From contig JBIKMW010000001.1 of NCBI GenBank assembly GCA_044359065.1, positions 133,802 to 197,801 on the forward strand: a stretch of 64,000 nt of DNA, written 5' to 3'. A program made the position numbers and the translations under genes. Within the stretch, counting starts at the first letter, position 1, and every line of letters starts with the position of its first letter. The notes below the pieces were generated by a model that was not told where the DNA came from, did no database searches, and worked only from the letters and a program-made list of their open reading frames with translations. Origin of the DNA: Planctomycetales bacterium. Lineage in GTDB: Bacteria; Planctomycetota; Planctomycetia; Planctomycetales; Planctomycetaceae. Below, in pieces: positions 1-9,606 of this stretch.

Positions 1-1986
1 ATGCCGCCACACGTGCGGTTGATGCTGCTGTCAGCCACGGTGGGGAACGCCGTCGAGTTCCTCGGTTGGCTGCGGGCCAGTCATGGGCGGAACCTGGAAC
101 TGGTGCAAAGCGATCACCGGCGTGTGCCGCTGCGGTTCCATTGGGTGCCCGATCGGTTCCTGACCGAGCAGTTGCAGGAGATGGCGCGGGGCGAAGGGGA
201 CGCCCGACGCGTTCCGGCGCTGGTGTTCTGTTTCAACCGTGACGAATGCTGGTCGGTGGCGGAGGAACTCAAGGGGAAGGACATGCTGCTCGAAGGGCAG
301 CAAAAGCTCATTCTGGCGGAGATTGAGAAGCTCGATTGGTCGAAGGGGGCGGGGCCGAAGCTGAAGGCGTTGCTCTTGCGCGGGGTCGGGGTGCATCATG
401 CGGGAATCCTGCCGCGATACCGGCGCATCGTCGAACGGCTGTTTCAGCGGAAGTTGCTGTCGATTTGCGTCTGCACGGAAACGCTGGCCGCGGGGATCAA
501 CCTGCCGGCGAAGTCGGTCGTGATGCCCTCGCTGGTCAAGGGGCCGCCGGGGAAGATGAAGCTCATCGACCCCAGTTCGGCCCACCAGATTTTCGGACGG
601 GCCGGTCGACCGCAGTACGACGCCGAGGGGCACGTGTTCGTCCTGCCTCACGAGGATGACGTTCGCATCCTCAAGTGGAAGGAGAAGTTCGACCAGATCC
701 CCGAGGACACGAAGGACCCCGGTCTCCTCCAGGCTCGCAAGGCCCTCAAGAAGAAGCAGCCCACGCGCAGTCCCGGTCGGGCGTATTGGAACGAGGCGCA
801 GTTCGAGAAGCTGCGCACAGCGCCGCCGCGTCACCTCACCAGCCAGGGGGGTGTGCCGTGGCGAATTCTGGCGGACATGCTGCGCGTGTCGCCGGACCTG
901 GCCCCCGTGCGTGAACTTGTCCGCCGCCGGTTGCAGCCCCCCAAGCAACTGGAAGAGGCGGACGTCCATCTCGACCGCATGTTGCGCGCGCTGCATACGG
1001 CGGGGATTGTGCGACTCGAACCGCCGCCCCCCGATGATTCGCTCGCGTCACCCAAGGACGCGAAAGCGGAACCCGCGCCCGAGCCAGCCCCCGCCGCTCC
1101 ATCCCAATTCGCGCGACTGATTCTGACCGCCCTCAACGAGCAGCGGGAAGCGGCAGGCCAACGCGCTGCCGCCGAACTCCCGTCGGAGACCGCTCCCGCA
1201 GCCCCCAGGTACCGGCCACTCTTCGCACACCCGACGGAACGGTTGGCCGATTTTCTCCAGTTCCGTGGCGTCGATCCGCTCTACGCATTGTTCCTGCTGG
1301 AACTGATGCCGCAGGCGGACCAGGCGGAGCGGATTCAACTGTTCGAGAGCGTCCTCGAACTGCCGATGTCGCTGATGCGGTACGTCCGCGTTCCACCCCC
1401 GGACCGCTTCCCGCCGGGTACGCTCGCCCGCGAGTTCCTCGACAAGGAAATCGTCTCGCGCGGCCTCATCACCGCGCAAGACCTCTACCCCGAGTTTGAT
1501 CCCAAGCTCCCTCCCGAGGAACGGAAGTACGCACCGTCGCTCGCGGAGAAAGCCCGCATGCTGTTCGAGGCGAAGTACGCCTCGCCCGAACGGGTGCGGG
1601 TTGGCGGCGTGTGGGTGGCGGGGGACGTGCTGTTCTTCGCGGGGAAGTTCCACAACTACATCGGCAGCCGCGACCTCTCGAAGCAGGAGGGGCTGATTCA
1701 CCGACACCTGTTGCGCATGGTGCTGCTGCTCGACGAGTTTACGCGGCTGACCCCGCCGGGCCTCGACCCCGAGGAATGGCGCAACGAATTGCGGACCATC
1801 TGCGACGAACTGACCGAAGCGTGTCGTCAGGCGGACCCCGAGACGACCGACCTGGCACTGGCTCAAGCGGAGGGAAAAGTCGTTGCAAAGCCGGGTGTGG
1901 CCGCGAGTCCGACTACGGCGGCTCCCGATGTGGCGGCGGACGAACTGGTCGACGATTTCGGCGCGGGAGTGCTGGGGGACGAGTAG
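1..1986 (+). CDS. Ski2/HelY-like DEAD/DEAH-box helicase, C-terminal part (5' end lies outside the window)
   Basis: The ORF is open at the window edge. Helicase C-domain motifs are present: HHAGILPRYRRIVERLFQRKLL, CTETLAAGINLPAKSVV and QIFGRAGRPQYD (motif VI-like). A long helical C-terminal extension follows. Confidence 0.85.
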   Translation: MPPHVRLMLLSATVGNAVEFLGWLRASHGRNLELVQSDHRRVPLRFHWVPDRFLTEQLQEMARGEGDARRVPALVFCFNRDECWSVAEELKGKDMLLEGQQKLILAEIEKLDWSKGAGPKLKALLLRGVGVHHAGILPRYRRIVERLFQRKLLSICVCTETLAAGINLPAKSVVMPSLVKGPPGKMKLIDPSSAHQIFGRAGRPQYDAEGHVFVLPHEDDVRILKWKEKFDQIPEDTKDPGLLQARKALKKKQPTRSPGRAYWNEAQFEKLRTAPPRHLTSQGGVPWRILADMLRVSPDLAPVRELVRRRLQPPKQLEEADVHLDRMLRALHTAGIVRLEPPPPDDSLASPKDAKAEPAPEPAPAAPSQFARLILTALNEQREAAGQRAAAELPSETAPAAPRYRPLFAHPTERLADFLQFRGVDPLYALFLLELMPQADQAERIQLFESVLELPMSLMRYVRVPPPDRFPPGTLAREFLDKEIVSRGLITAQDLYPEFDPKLPPEERKYAPSLAEKARMLFEAKYASPERVRVGGVWVAGDVLFFAGKFHNYIGSRDLSKQEGLIHRHLLRMVLLLDEFTRLTPPGLDPEEWRNELRTICDELTEACRQADPETTDLALAQAEGKVVAKPGVAASPTTAAPDVAADELVDDFGAGVLGDE

Positions 1987-2039
1987 CAGTAGTGGCTTAT
2001 CTTTCTCTAACTGTCAGGTATTTGCTCTGATGTTCCGCC

Positions 2040-2604
2040 TTGGGGATTGCATTGGGCCAAGGACGGCTGACCATGGGCAATATTCCGGAAAAGTTCGAGG
2101 TGGATTTGACGGCGGCGGAACGGTTGGAGCTGGAGGCCGTGCTGCGTTCACAGTCGGTGGGGGCGGCCAAGTTGCGCCGCGCCCGCATCCTGCTGTTGTC
2201 CGATGTCGGCCACCCGGAGGGACGACGCACCGACGCCGACATCGCCTAACTGGTGGGGTTGTGCGAGCGGCAAATGGTTCGCATTCGCCAGCGGTTCGTT
2301 CGCGAACGAGCGGATACTCCCGTGCCCGAGATCTGCGAACGTCGGCCACGCCCCCCTCGCTCCCCGTCCGGCACGGGACGGCAAGCCCGAGGCATGGAAG
2401 CGGGTGGACGACAAGTACGTTCGTCACGGCGTCCGCTCGCTGTTCATGTTCGACAACCCGGTTGATGGCTGGCGACGAGTGGGGTGTCGCGACAGCCGCA
2501 CTCGCGGAGATTGGGCGGCGGAGGTCCGGCAACTGCTGGGACACCACGCCGAGCGGATCACGCTGGTCTGCAACAACCTCAACCGCCTTTATTACGTCGC
2601 ATGA
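2040..2604 (+). pseudogene. IS630-family transposase remnant (frameshifted and 3'-truncated)
   Basis: The ATG at 2073 opens an HTH-like segment, LTAAERLELEAVLRSQSVGAAKLRRARILLLSD, that stops at 2249. A second frame (2203-2604) carries YVRHGVRSLFMFDNPVDGWR...DWAAEVRQLL...ITLVCNNLN and then terminates before the last catalytic acidic residue. The flanks are visibly AT-richer. Confidence 0.65.
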
Positions 2605-2769
2605 CATTTATTCCGTAGACGGACCAGTCGGTCAGACGGGTTCTGAGTTGCTCGCCGCTTGTCCCACGTTCACACTGCTGGTCAAGCCCGCAGCGGCGCA
2701 CGCGGGACGCTCCCTGTTTGGTTCGTGTCGCAAAGTACGAAAGTCGACCATGCCCCTCCGGAGTCCTCG

Positions 2770-4020
2770 ATGAGCGTGTCGCAAACCGACCTGCGGCGGC
2801 AACTGGCCGCGTTCATGTTCCTGCAATACTTCATCTGGGGGACGTGGTACGTCAGCCTCGGGACGTATCTGGGGAAGGCGCTTCGCTTCGGCGGCGACGA
2901 GATCGGCCTCGCTTACGGCGCGTTCGCCATCGGGGCGATGATCTCGCCGTTCCTCGTGGGACTGATCGCCGACCGCTTCTTCGCCTCCGAGAAGCTGCTG
3001 TGCGGACTGGGAATCGCCGGTGGCCTTGTCCTGTGGTCGCTCCCGCAGTTCACCACGTTCGCGACGTTCTACCCGGCGCTGATCGTGTATTGCGCGCTGT
3101 ACGTCCCGACGCTCGCGTTGGGAAACTCGTTGTCGCTGCATCATCTGGCGAACGCGAAAGTCGATTTCCCCCGTGTGAAAATGCTCTCCGCCGTAGGTTG
3201 GATCGCCGGTCTGGTGACGCTCAATTCGCTCGACGGAGCCCAGTCCCCCGTGCAGTTCTACGTGGCGGGAGCGGCGTCGCTGGTGTTCGGTGTGTTCTCG
3301 TTGACGCTGCCGCACACGCCCCCCATGAAGACGGGGGCGGACGTCTCGCTCGGGGAGATTCTGGGCTTGGATGCCCTCGCTCTCCTCAAGAAGCCGTCGT
3401 TCGCGATCTTCATCGGCTGCATGTTTCTGATCTGCATTCCGCTCTACTTCTACTTCGTGAACCTTGGCAATTTCCTCGGCGAGTTGAAGTGGGAGAACAT
3501 GCTCGCCAAGACGTCGCTGGCGCAGGTCAGCGACGTTGTCTTTTTCCTGATGCTGCCCTGGTTCCTGAAGCGCTTCGGCTACAAGAAGACGATCTTCCTG
3601 GGGATCGCCTGCTGGGTCGCGCGGTACTTTGCGATGTCGTCGAGTGTTTCGGCTGGATCGATGCAAACCGCGCTGATCTTCGGGGCGATCCTGCTGCACG
3701 GAGGGTGTTATGACTTCCTGTTCATCGCCGGGCAGTTGTACGTCGACGACGAAGCCAGCCCCCGCGTGCGCGGTGCGGCACAAGGCTTGATTGCCTTCAT
3801 CCTCTGGGGCGTCGGCGCGTTCGTGGGCACGCTGCTCGCCGGACGGGTGCAGGCAGCGTACAAGTACGCCGAGCCGATCAATGGCCTCGACCACGACTGG
3901 CAGGCGATCTGGGCCTACCCCGCGTGGGGCTCGCTGGCGGTGCTCATTGTGTTTGCGATCTTCTTCCGCGATCCGCCGAAGAAAGCGATCAACGCCGCCG
4001 ATGGAACCGTGGTCGAGTAA
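2770..4020 (+). CDS. MFS transporter, nucleoside:H+ symporter-like
   Basis: ATG at 2770. About 12 hydrophobic segments. The N-terminal FMFLQYFIWGTWYVSLGTYL resembles the NupG/YegT-type signature. Confidence 0.75.
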   Translation: MSVSQTDLRRQLAAFMFLQYFIWGTWYVSLGTYLGKALRFGGDEIGLAYGAFAIGAMISPFLVGLIADRFFASEKLLCGLGIAGGLVLWSLPQFTTFATFYPALIVYCALYVPTLALGNSLSLHHLANAKVDFPRVKMLSAVGWIAGLVTLNSLDGAQSPVQFYVAGAASLVFGVFSLTLPHTPPMKTGADVSLGEILGLDALALLKKPSFAIFIGCMFLICIPLYFYFVNLGNFLGELKWENMLAKTSLAQVSDVVFFLMLPWFLKRFGYKKTIFLGIACWVARYFAMSSSVSAGSMQTALIFGAILLHGGCYDFLFIAGQLYVDDEASPRVRGAAQGLIAFILWGVGAFVGTLLAGRVQAAYKYAEPINGLDHDWQAIWAYPAWGSLAVLIVFAIFFRDPPKKAINAADGTVVE

Positions 4021-4087
4021 CACGGGCACGGTTCGGATCGTAGACCTCCCTGCGACGGGAACTCGACCGGACTCGCTTGCTTCCCCC

Positions 4088-5506
4088 TCACACCTTCGCC
4101 GCTTGCTTCAACCGCTCCATCGCCGCCGCGATCCCGTCGCTCGCACCGAACACCGCGGACCCAGCCACCAACACATCCGCTCCCGCATCCACGACCAGCG
4201 GAGCGGTCTTTGCATCGACACCCCCGTCGACTTCCAGTTCGACGTGCCGAGCCAACTGGTCCAGTCGTTCACGAATCCGGCGAATCTTCGGCAACGTCCG
4301 TGGCAGAAACGACTGCCCCCCGAAGCCGGGGTTCACCGTCATCACCAGCACCAGGTCGACATCGTCCAGCACTTCGTCGAGCACCGAGGCCGGCGTGGCC
4401 GGGTTGATCACCACGCCGCAGGGCTTCCCCAACGAGCGAATCGTTTGCAGCGTGCGGTGCAGATTGGCCGCCCCTTCGGCATGCACGAGGATCGAATCCG
4501 CCCCCGCTTCGACGAACGCTTCGAGGTATCGGTCCGGTTCGGCGATCATCAGGTGACATTCCAGCGGCAGCTGCGTGACCTTGCGAGCGGCCTTGCAGAC
4601 CAGTGGCCCGAACGAAATGTTCGGCACGAAGTGCCCGTCCATCACGTCCACATGCACGCGGTCCGCCCCTGCCGCCTCGATCCCGCGGATCTCGTCACCC
4701 AGCTTTGTGAAGTCTGCCGCGAGGATCGACGGAGCCAGCTTGACCGGTCGACGACGGAGCGGATGTGTCCGTCGCAAGACCTTGGCGGCCGACTGATCGA
4801 CCAGCCAGGTCGTATCGGCGGCGGAGATCAGTTGCGACGGATACTCGCGGTGATTCGGCTCCCCTTCGAGCACCTGCGCCAAGGCCGGTTGCTTGTCCGG
4901 ACCGGAGACGACGAACAACACCCGCGCCGCCGCGTTCACCAGGCGGGCGGTCATCGTCATCCGTCGGGTCTGTTGTTGAGGCACCTCGTTGGCGACGACC
5001 CAGCGGCGATGCTCGTCGAGAGCCGCCGTGTGCGGGAACAACGACAGCGTGTGTCCATCCTTCCCCATCCCCGCCAGCACGAGGTCGAACCGGGGGGGCG
5101 GTCCGTCGAGATCGCACCCGAACACCCGCGCGATTTCGGCTTCGTACTCGGCGGCGGCGGCTTCGAGGTCGGGACGATCCGCCGGCATGCGGTGAATCTG
5201 CGCCGCGGGGATGTTGAGAGGGGCGAGCAAAGCCTCGCGGGCCATGCGGAAGTTGGAGTCGGCGTGATCCTTCGAGACGGTCCGTTCGTCCCCCCAGAAG
5301 AGCTCGACACGCGTCCAATCGACTTCGCCCCGGAGCTTCGGCTCGGCCAGCAGTTGGTACATCCGCTTGGGGGTCGAGCCCCCCGCCAGCGCAACGACGA
5401 ATCGACCGCGGTCGAGAATCGCCTCTCGTGCGGCGCGCACAAACGCCTCCGCCGCTGCGAGTCCCACCCGCTCCGCATCCTCACGCACATCCACTCGCAC
5501 GCCCAT
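4088..5506 (-). CDS. Bifunctional 6-phosphogluconolactonase / ribulose-5-phosphate 3-epimerase fusion
   Basis: The N-terminal half has VALAGGSTPKRMY, FWGDERTV and GMGKDGHTLSLFP (Pgl). An RRTHPLRRRPV linker follows. The C-terminal half has PSILAADF, HVDVMDGHFVPN, MTVNPGFGGQSF and EVDGG (Rpe). The ATG start was checked at 5504-5506. Confidence 0.85.
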   Translation of the reverse strand: MGVRVDVREDAERVGLAAAEAFVRAAREAILDRGRFVVALAGGSTPKRMYQLLAEPKLRGEVDWTRVELFWGDERTVSKDHADSNFRMAREALLAPLNIPAAQIHRMPADRPDLEAAAAEYEAEIARVFGCDLDGPPPRFDLVLAGMGKDGHTLSLFPHTAALDEHRRWVVANEVPQQQTRRMTMTARLVNAAARVLFVVSGPDKQPALAQVLEGEPNHREYPSQLISAADTTWLVDQSAAKVLRRTHPLRRRPVKLAPSILAADFTKLGDEIRGIEAAGADRVHVDVMDGHFVPNISFGPLVCKAARKVTQLPLECHLMIAEPDRYLEAFVEAGADSILVHAEGAANLHRTLQTIRSLGKPCGVVINPATPASVLDEVLDDVDLVLVMTVNPGFGGQSFLPRTLPKIRRIRERLDQLARHVELEVDGGVDAKTAPLVVDAGADVLVAGSAVFGASDGIAAAMERLKQAAKV

Positions 5507-5578
5507 GTTTGTTCGCTCCCTGACCCACCCGACGTAATCACTTTTGCTTTTTGACAGTTGCCTTTTGGTGCGTGCAAC

Positions 5579-6241
5579 TCACGCCTTGGCCATCACCCTC
5601 GCCCCCGTTGGCTCGTCGACCACCACCTCGTCCGCCATGTCGATGAAGAACCCGGTCCCGGCCACACCGGGGATCGCGTGGATCGCCACATCAAGCGATT
5701 TGGCGTCGCTGATCCCCTTCGTGGGAGCGCAGTCCAGAATCCAGTTCCCGTTGTCCGTGACCCACGGCCCCCCGTCACGTGGCCGGATCGTGCCTGCCAG
5801 ACCCAGCGCGGCCAATCGGCGATGGCAGAACGGAGCCGCAAACGGCACGACTTCGACCGGAATTTTCCCGCGACAGCCAAGGTACGGGACGAGCTTCTCG
5901 GGGCCGACCAACACCAGAAACCGCTTGGACGCCGCCGCCACGACCTTCTCGCGCAGCAAAGCCCCTCCCCATCCCTTGACCAGCCGCAATTGCGGATCGA
6001 CTTCGTCCGCCCCGTCGACGGCGATGTCGAGTTCCGGCGTGTCCGCCAGATTCGAGAGCGGAATGCCCAACGTCCGCGCGAGGTCCGCCGTCGATTCCGA
6101 TGTCGGCACCCCCACGATCCGTAGTCCCGACTGCACCGCCGTGCCGAGAAGCTTGACAAAGGCGACCGACGCCCGCCCGGTCCCCAGGCCCACGCGATCC
6201 CCCGGCGAAATCTGCGACAAAGCGTATTCGGCAGCCGTCAT
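5579..6241 (-). CDS. rpiA: Ribose-5-phosphate isomerase A
   Basis: Motifs GLGTGRAS, DIAVDGADEVDPQLRLVKGWGGALLREKVVAAASKRFLVLV. The gene lies 72 bp upstream of the pgl-rpe fusion on the same strand. Confidence 0.9.
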   Translation of the reverse strand: MTAAEYALSQISPGDRVGLGTGRASVAFVKLLGTAVQSGLRIVGVPTSESTADLARTLGIPLSNLADTPELDIAVDGADEVDPQLRLVKGWGGALLREKVVAAASKRFLVLVGPEKLVPYLGCRGKIPVEVVPFAAPFCHRRLAALGLAGTIRPRDGGPWVTDNGNWILDCAPTKGISDAKSLDVAIHAIPGVAGTGFFIDMADEVVVDEPTGARVMAKA

Positions 6242-6423
6242 GATGAATTGCCCCTCGGAGCGGTTCTCGTGTCACGACCAATGCGATTCGATGATCCCCG
6301 ATGTCCGTCGACCCGGACGATATGTCGCAAGCGGAACACTGTCGAGTCGGCCACGTTTCGGTGACGTCGCGAAGAGCGTAAGCTGAGGATTGCGCGTCCC
6401 CGCCTCCCCACCGGTTGTGTCCC

Positions 6424-7695
6424 ATGCGAATTCGCGTTCTGGTTCTGGGCTGGTTGTGCCTCGCCGCCGCGATTGCATATCTGCAACGGAACGCCATCGG
6501 CGTCGTCGCCATTCCCATTCGGGCCGAATTCCGTCTCGACGAACGGCAAATGGGGTGGATCATGAGCGCCTACTATTGGTGCTATGCCCTGTGCCAGTTA
6601 CCGGCCGGTTGGCTGGTCGCCCGGTTCGGTCCGCTCCGAATGTTGTGCGGTGGGGTGCTGCTGGCGTCGAGTTGCGCCGCGGTGGGGGGACTGGCCCCGA
6701 ACGGGCTTTCGTTCGGGATCGCTTGGAGTTGTGCGGGAATCGCCATCGCCGGCATCTTTCCGGCATGCGTGCAGACGATCATGGCATGGTTCCCCGCCTC
6801 GAATCGCGCGCTGCCGTCGGGGTTCCTCGGCAGTTCGATGTCGCTCGGTGGAGCGGCATCGACGTTCCTGGCGGGTTGGCTGGTCGTGGAACTGGCCGAT
6901 TCCGGCGTCGTCCCGTGGCGGGGTGTGTTTGTGTTGTTCGCGGTGCCGGGAATCGTGTGGACGCTGGTCGTCTGGTTCCGCCTCAAAGAGCGTCCCACTG
7001 TCGACCCGCGTGTGAGTGCCGCCGAGCTCGCGGAACTGGCCACTCCGGCCGCGACAAAGGCCACTTCCACGAACTTCGACGACTCCCCCTGGTGGCTCGA
7101 CCCTCGTGCGTTCGCCGTGTGCGGACAGCAGTTCTTCCGTGCCGCCGGGTACATCTTTTACGCGACCTGGTTCCCGACCTTCCTGATCGAGGCGAAGGGG
7201 ACCAGCCTCGCGGAGGCGGGAACACTGGCGAGCCTGCCACTCCTGGCGGTGGTGGTGGGCGGATCGTTGGGGGGCTGGCTGTGGGACCGGTTGGAGCGTG
7301 TGACGGGGGGTGACAAACGGGCCAGCCGTCAACTGCCCGCCATCGTCTGCCACACCTCGTGCGGCGGGCTGATCCTTTTCGCACAGCAGGTCGACGATCC
7401 CGTTCGCGCGGTTGCGCTGATCGCCGCGGGATCGTTCCTGTTCGCGCTGGCGAGTCCCTGCAGCTATGCGGTGTCGATGGACCTGGGTGGCCGACGGGCC
7501 GCAACGTTGTTCGCCACGATGAACATGTGCGGCAACATCGGCGCGGCGATCTGCCCGGTGGTCGTGGCCGTGATCGTCAAATCCCACGGCTGGAACGCAG
7601 TGCTGCCGTTCTTCGCGGGCCTGTATTTCGCAACGGCGGGGTGCTGGTTGCTGCTCGACCCGCGACCGAGAGGAATAGGGGATCAGGCAAAGTGA
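6424..7695 (+). CDS. MFS transporter (anion:cation symporter-like)
   Basis: Multiple TM segments. AIAYLQRNAIGVV...MGWIMSAYYWCYALCQLPAGWLVARFG is typical of the MFS loop 2-3 region. The track start at 6415 is TTG; the first ATG is at 6424. Confidence 0.8.
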   Translation: MRIRVLVLGWLCLAAAIAYLQRNAIGVVAIPIRAEFRLDERQMGWIMSAYYWCYALCQLPAGWLVARFGPLRMLCGGVLLASSCAAVGGLAPNGLSFGIAWSCAGIAIAGIFPACVQTIMAWFPASNRALPSGFLGSSMSLGGAASTFLAGWLVVELADSGVVPWRGVFVLFAVPGIVWTLVVWFRLKERPTVDPRVSAAELAELATPAATKATSTNFDDSPWWLDPRAFAVCGQQFFRAAGYIFYATWFPTFLIEAKGTSLAEAGTLASLPLLAVVVGGSLGGWLWDRLERVTGGDKRASRQLPAIVCHTSCGGLILFAQQVDDPVRAVALIAAGSFLFALASPCSYAVSMDLGGRRAATLFATMNMCGNIGAAICPVVVAVIVKSHGWNAVLPFFAGLYFATAGCWLLLDPRPRGIGDQAK

Positions 7696-7737
7696 AGTTG
7701 GGGCGAAGGCGCGAATACGGCATGCCGACTCAGCGGC

Positions 7738-7779
7738 GTCATTCGTTATTCGTCATTAGGTATTCGTCATTCGCCCCTC
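7738..7779. repeat. AT-rich 14-bp periodic direct repeat (about 2.5 to 3 units) between convergent genes
   Basis: gtcattcgttattc / gtcattaggtattc / gtcattcgcccctc, read directly from the sequence. It fills most of the 86-bp spacer between the stop codons at 7695 and 7782. Confidence 0.6.
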
Positions 7780-7781
7780 CC

Positions 7782-9275
7782 TCACCCCGTCCCGACCCCG
7801 CGATCAAAGTCCTGCAAATCCCGCTCGTAGAGGGCCAGCGACGATTGCAACGTCTCCCGTGCGATCGTCCAGCGCGGGCTTTCGTCCGTGTACCGGTTGC
7901 AGTGGTCGACGACCAGCCGATACAGGAACTTGAACATGTGCCGGGGCACACGCAGCCGTGCCAGTGACGCAATCAACTCCTGCTCGGTGATCGACTCGTC
8001 GAACAGCTTGCGGAAGCTCGCCTTCGACTCGTCCGACGAACAGGCGCGCAGGCGGTCGTTGGCGATGTCGTACAGCGATTCGCCTGTCCAAAGCAGCGAC
8101 TGCACCAGGTTCTGTTTGTCCAGCCGCGAGCGTTCGAAGAACTCCTTGTCCTCGCGTCGCAGATGCGTGCTGACTTCGATCGGAAGTAGCAGCTTGAAGC
8201 CCAGCCCCGGATGCTTCAGGAACTTGTTGTCGAACAACGGCCACAAAAGCGCCCGCATGCGGTCGGGGGAGCCGTTGATGAGGTGCGGCTCGTCGACCCG
8301 GTCCACGATGATCGTGATCCCCGTGAACCCCAGCGCCGCCAGCACCCCCTGGAACTTCTTGATGAGCTCGTAACGGTCGTCGCTGCGGTCGCGACTGGGG
8401 ACCGGTTGATCGGCCAACTCCTTGGGAGCGAACCGCGACAGCAGGTCGCGCATCAGATTGGGGCGGTTGTCGACGATTCGCACCTGTCGCGACATTCGCC
8501 AGCCGGTCCAAAACAACCGTCCGTGCTTCCACGCAAACGGCAACCACACGCCGATCAGCAGCGCCCACCACGGCCAGAACTTACCGAGCCCGACGAGGTT
8601 GTTCGCCCAAAAAAGACCTCCGAGCACCGAAACCGTCCCGGCCACTCCGATCGCAAAGTCGCGCCAAGATCCGGGACTCCAGAACCGGGTCTTGCGACGA
8701 ATGCCGCTCCAACGATCCACGCGCGGCATCGACAGGTCGTAATCGTAAAACGTCGTCAGCAGTAGCAAATCGCGCCGCTGCAACCGCGTCAGCCGCGCGA
8801 GTTGGTCTGCACGGACCTCCGTCCCCGTCCCCTGCGGTCCGCGATCGTCCAGGATCGTCGACACCAGACGCGTCACCCCTAGCACGAGGATCGCGTCCAT
8901 GTGGTCCCACAACCGCCAACTGGCCAGCGCCCGTTCGGCGGAACGGCTCCACGTCGGCAGACGGTCACGGAATGAATCGAGGAACGGATTGAAGTCGTCA
9001 TACTCGATGACGAACATCCGCTGCTCGGGCTGAGCGAGGTTGTGCCGTTTGATGTGGTCGACCAGTTGCAGCCGCAGCGCCGTCTTGCCGGCACCCTTTT
9101 CGCCGAACACGACGGCGGTCGATGGCTCGCCCGGATTGCCGACGATCTTGTCCCATGCCGGGTGAAACACGGCGTTCAGGCAATGCTGCTTGAAGACCTG
9201 ATCGGACGACGCGTCCTCCTGTCCGAACGGATTCTCGCGGATACCGTGATGGGCCAGAAACTGCTGCAACTTCAT
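7782..9275 (-). CDS. P-loop NTPase with a TM hairpin inserted between Walker A and Walker B (KAP-like topology, ExeA/AAA_22-like N-terminus)
   Basis: ATG at 9275 (MKLQQFLAHHGIRENPFGQ). Walker A is VVFGEKGAGKTAL. Two hydrophobic helices follow, FAIGVAGTVSVLGGLFWANNLV and FWPWWALLIGVWLPFAW. A Walker B-like GITIIVDRVDEP lies about 285 aa after Walker A. Confidence 0.6.
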   Translation of the reverse strand: MKLQQFLAHHGIRENPFGQEDASSDQVFKQHCLNAVFHPAWDKIVGNPGEPSTAVVFGEKGAGKTALRLQLVDHIKRHNLAQPEQRMFVIEYDDFNPFLDSFRDRLPTWSRSAERALASWRLWDHMDAILVLGVTRLVSTILDDRGPQGTGTEVRADQLARLTRLQRRDLLLLTTFYDYDLSMPRVDRWSGIRRKTRFWSPGSWRDFAIGVAGTVSVLGGLFWANNLVGLGKFWPWWALLIGVWLPFAWKHGRLFWTGWRMSRQVRIVDNRPNLMRDLLSRFAPKELADQPVPSRDRSDDRYELIKKFQGVLAALGFTGITIIVDRVDEPHLINGSPDRMRALLWPLFDNKFLKHPGLGFKLLLPIEVSTHLRREDKEFFERSRLDKQNLVQSLLWTGESLYDIANDRLRACSSDESKASFRKLFDESITEQELIASLARLRVPRHMFKFLYRLVVDHCNRYTDESPRWTIARETLQSSLALYERDLQDFDRGVGTG

Positions 9276-9606
9276 GGGAAATCCTGTTCCTGTCGGCGGA
9301 GTTCGTCCCCGTTGCGGAACAAATGGTTCCGCCTCTCCGCGCATCCGCCAAGCCCCGATCACTTCCCTGTCCGAGCGCGGTCACCGTTCCACCGCGTCCT
9401 CGTGCTTCGTGGGGGGGCCGCGATGCTTGACCCCTCCCTCCGCGGAAAACCCGTGCCGCCGTGGAAACCATAGAGGGCGTGCTCCGGGATGACAACTCTC
9501 CGCGCGCCCGTCGGCGGCCCTTCACCCGACGTTCACACGAACAACTCGGGGAGACGCGTCCGCGACAGGCAGCGCGACAGAGACATCGCGTCTGGATTCC
9601 CTGGAA

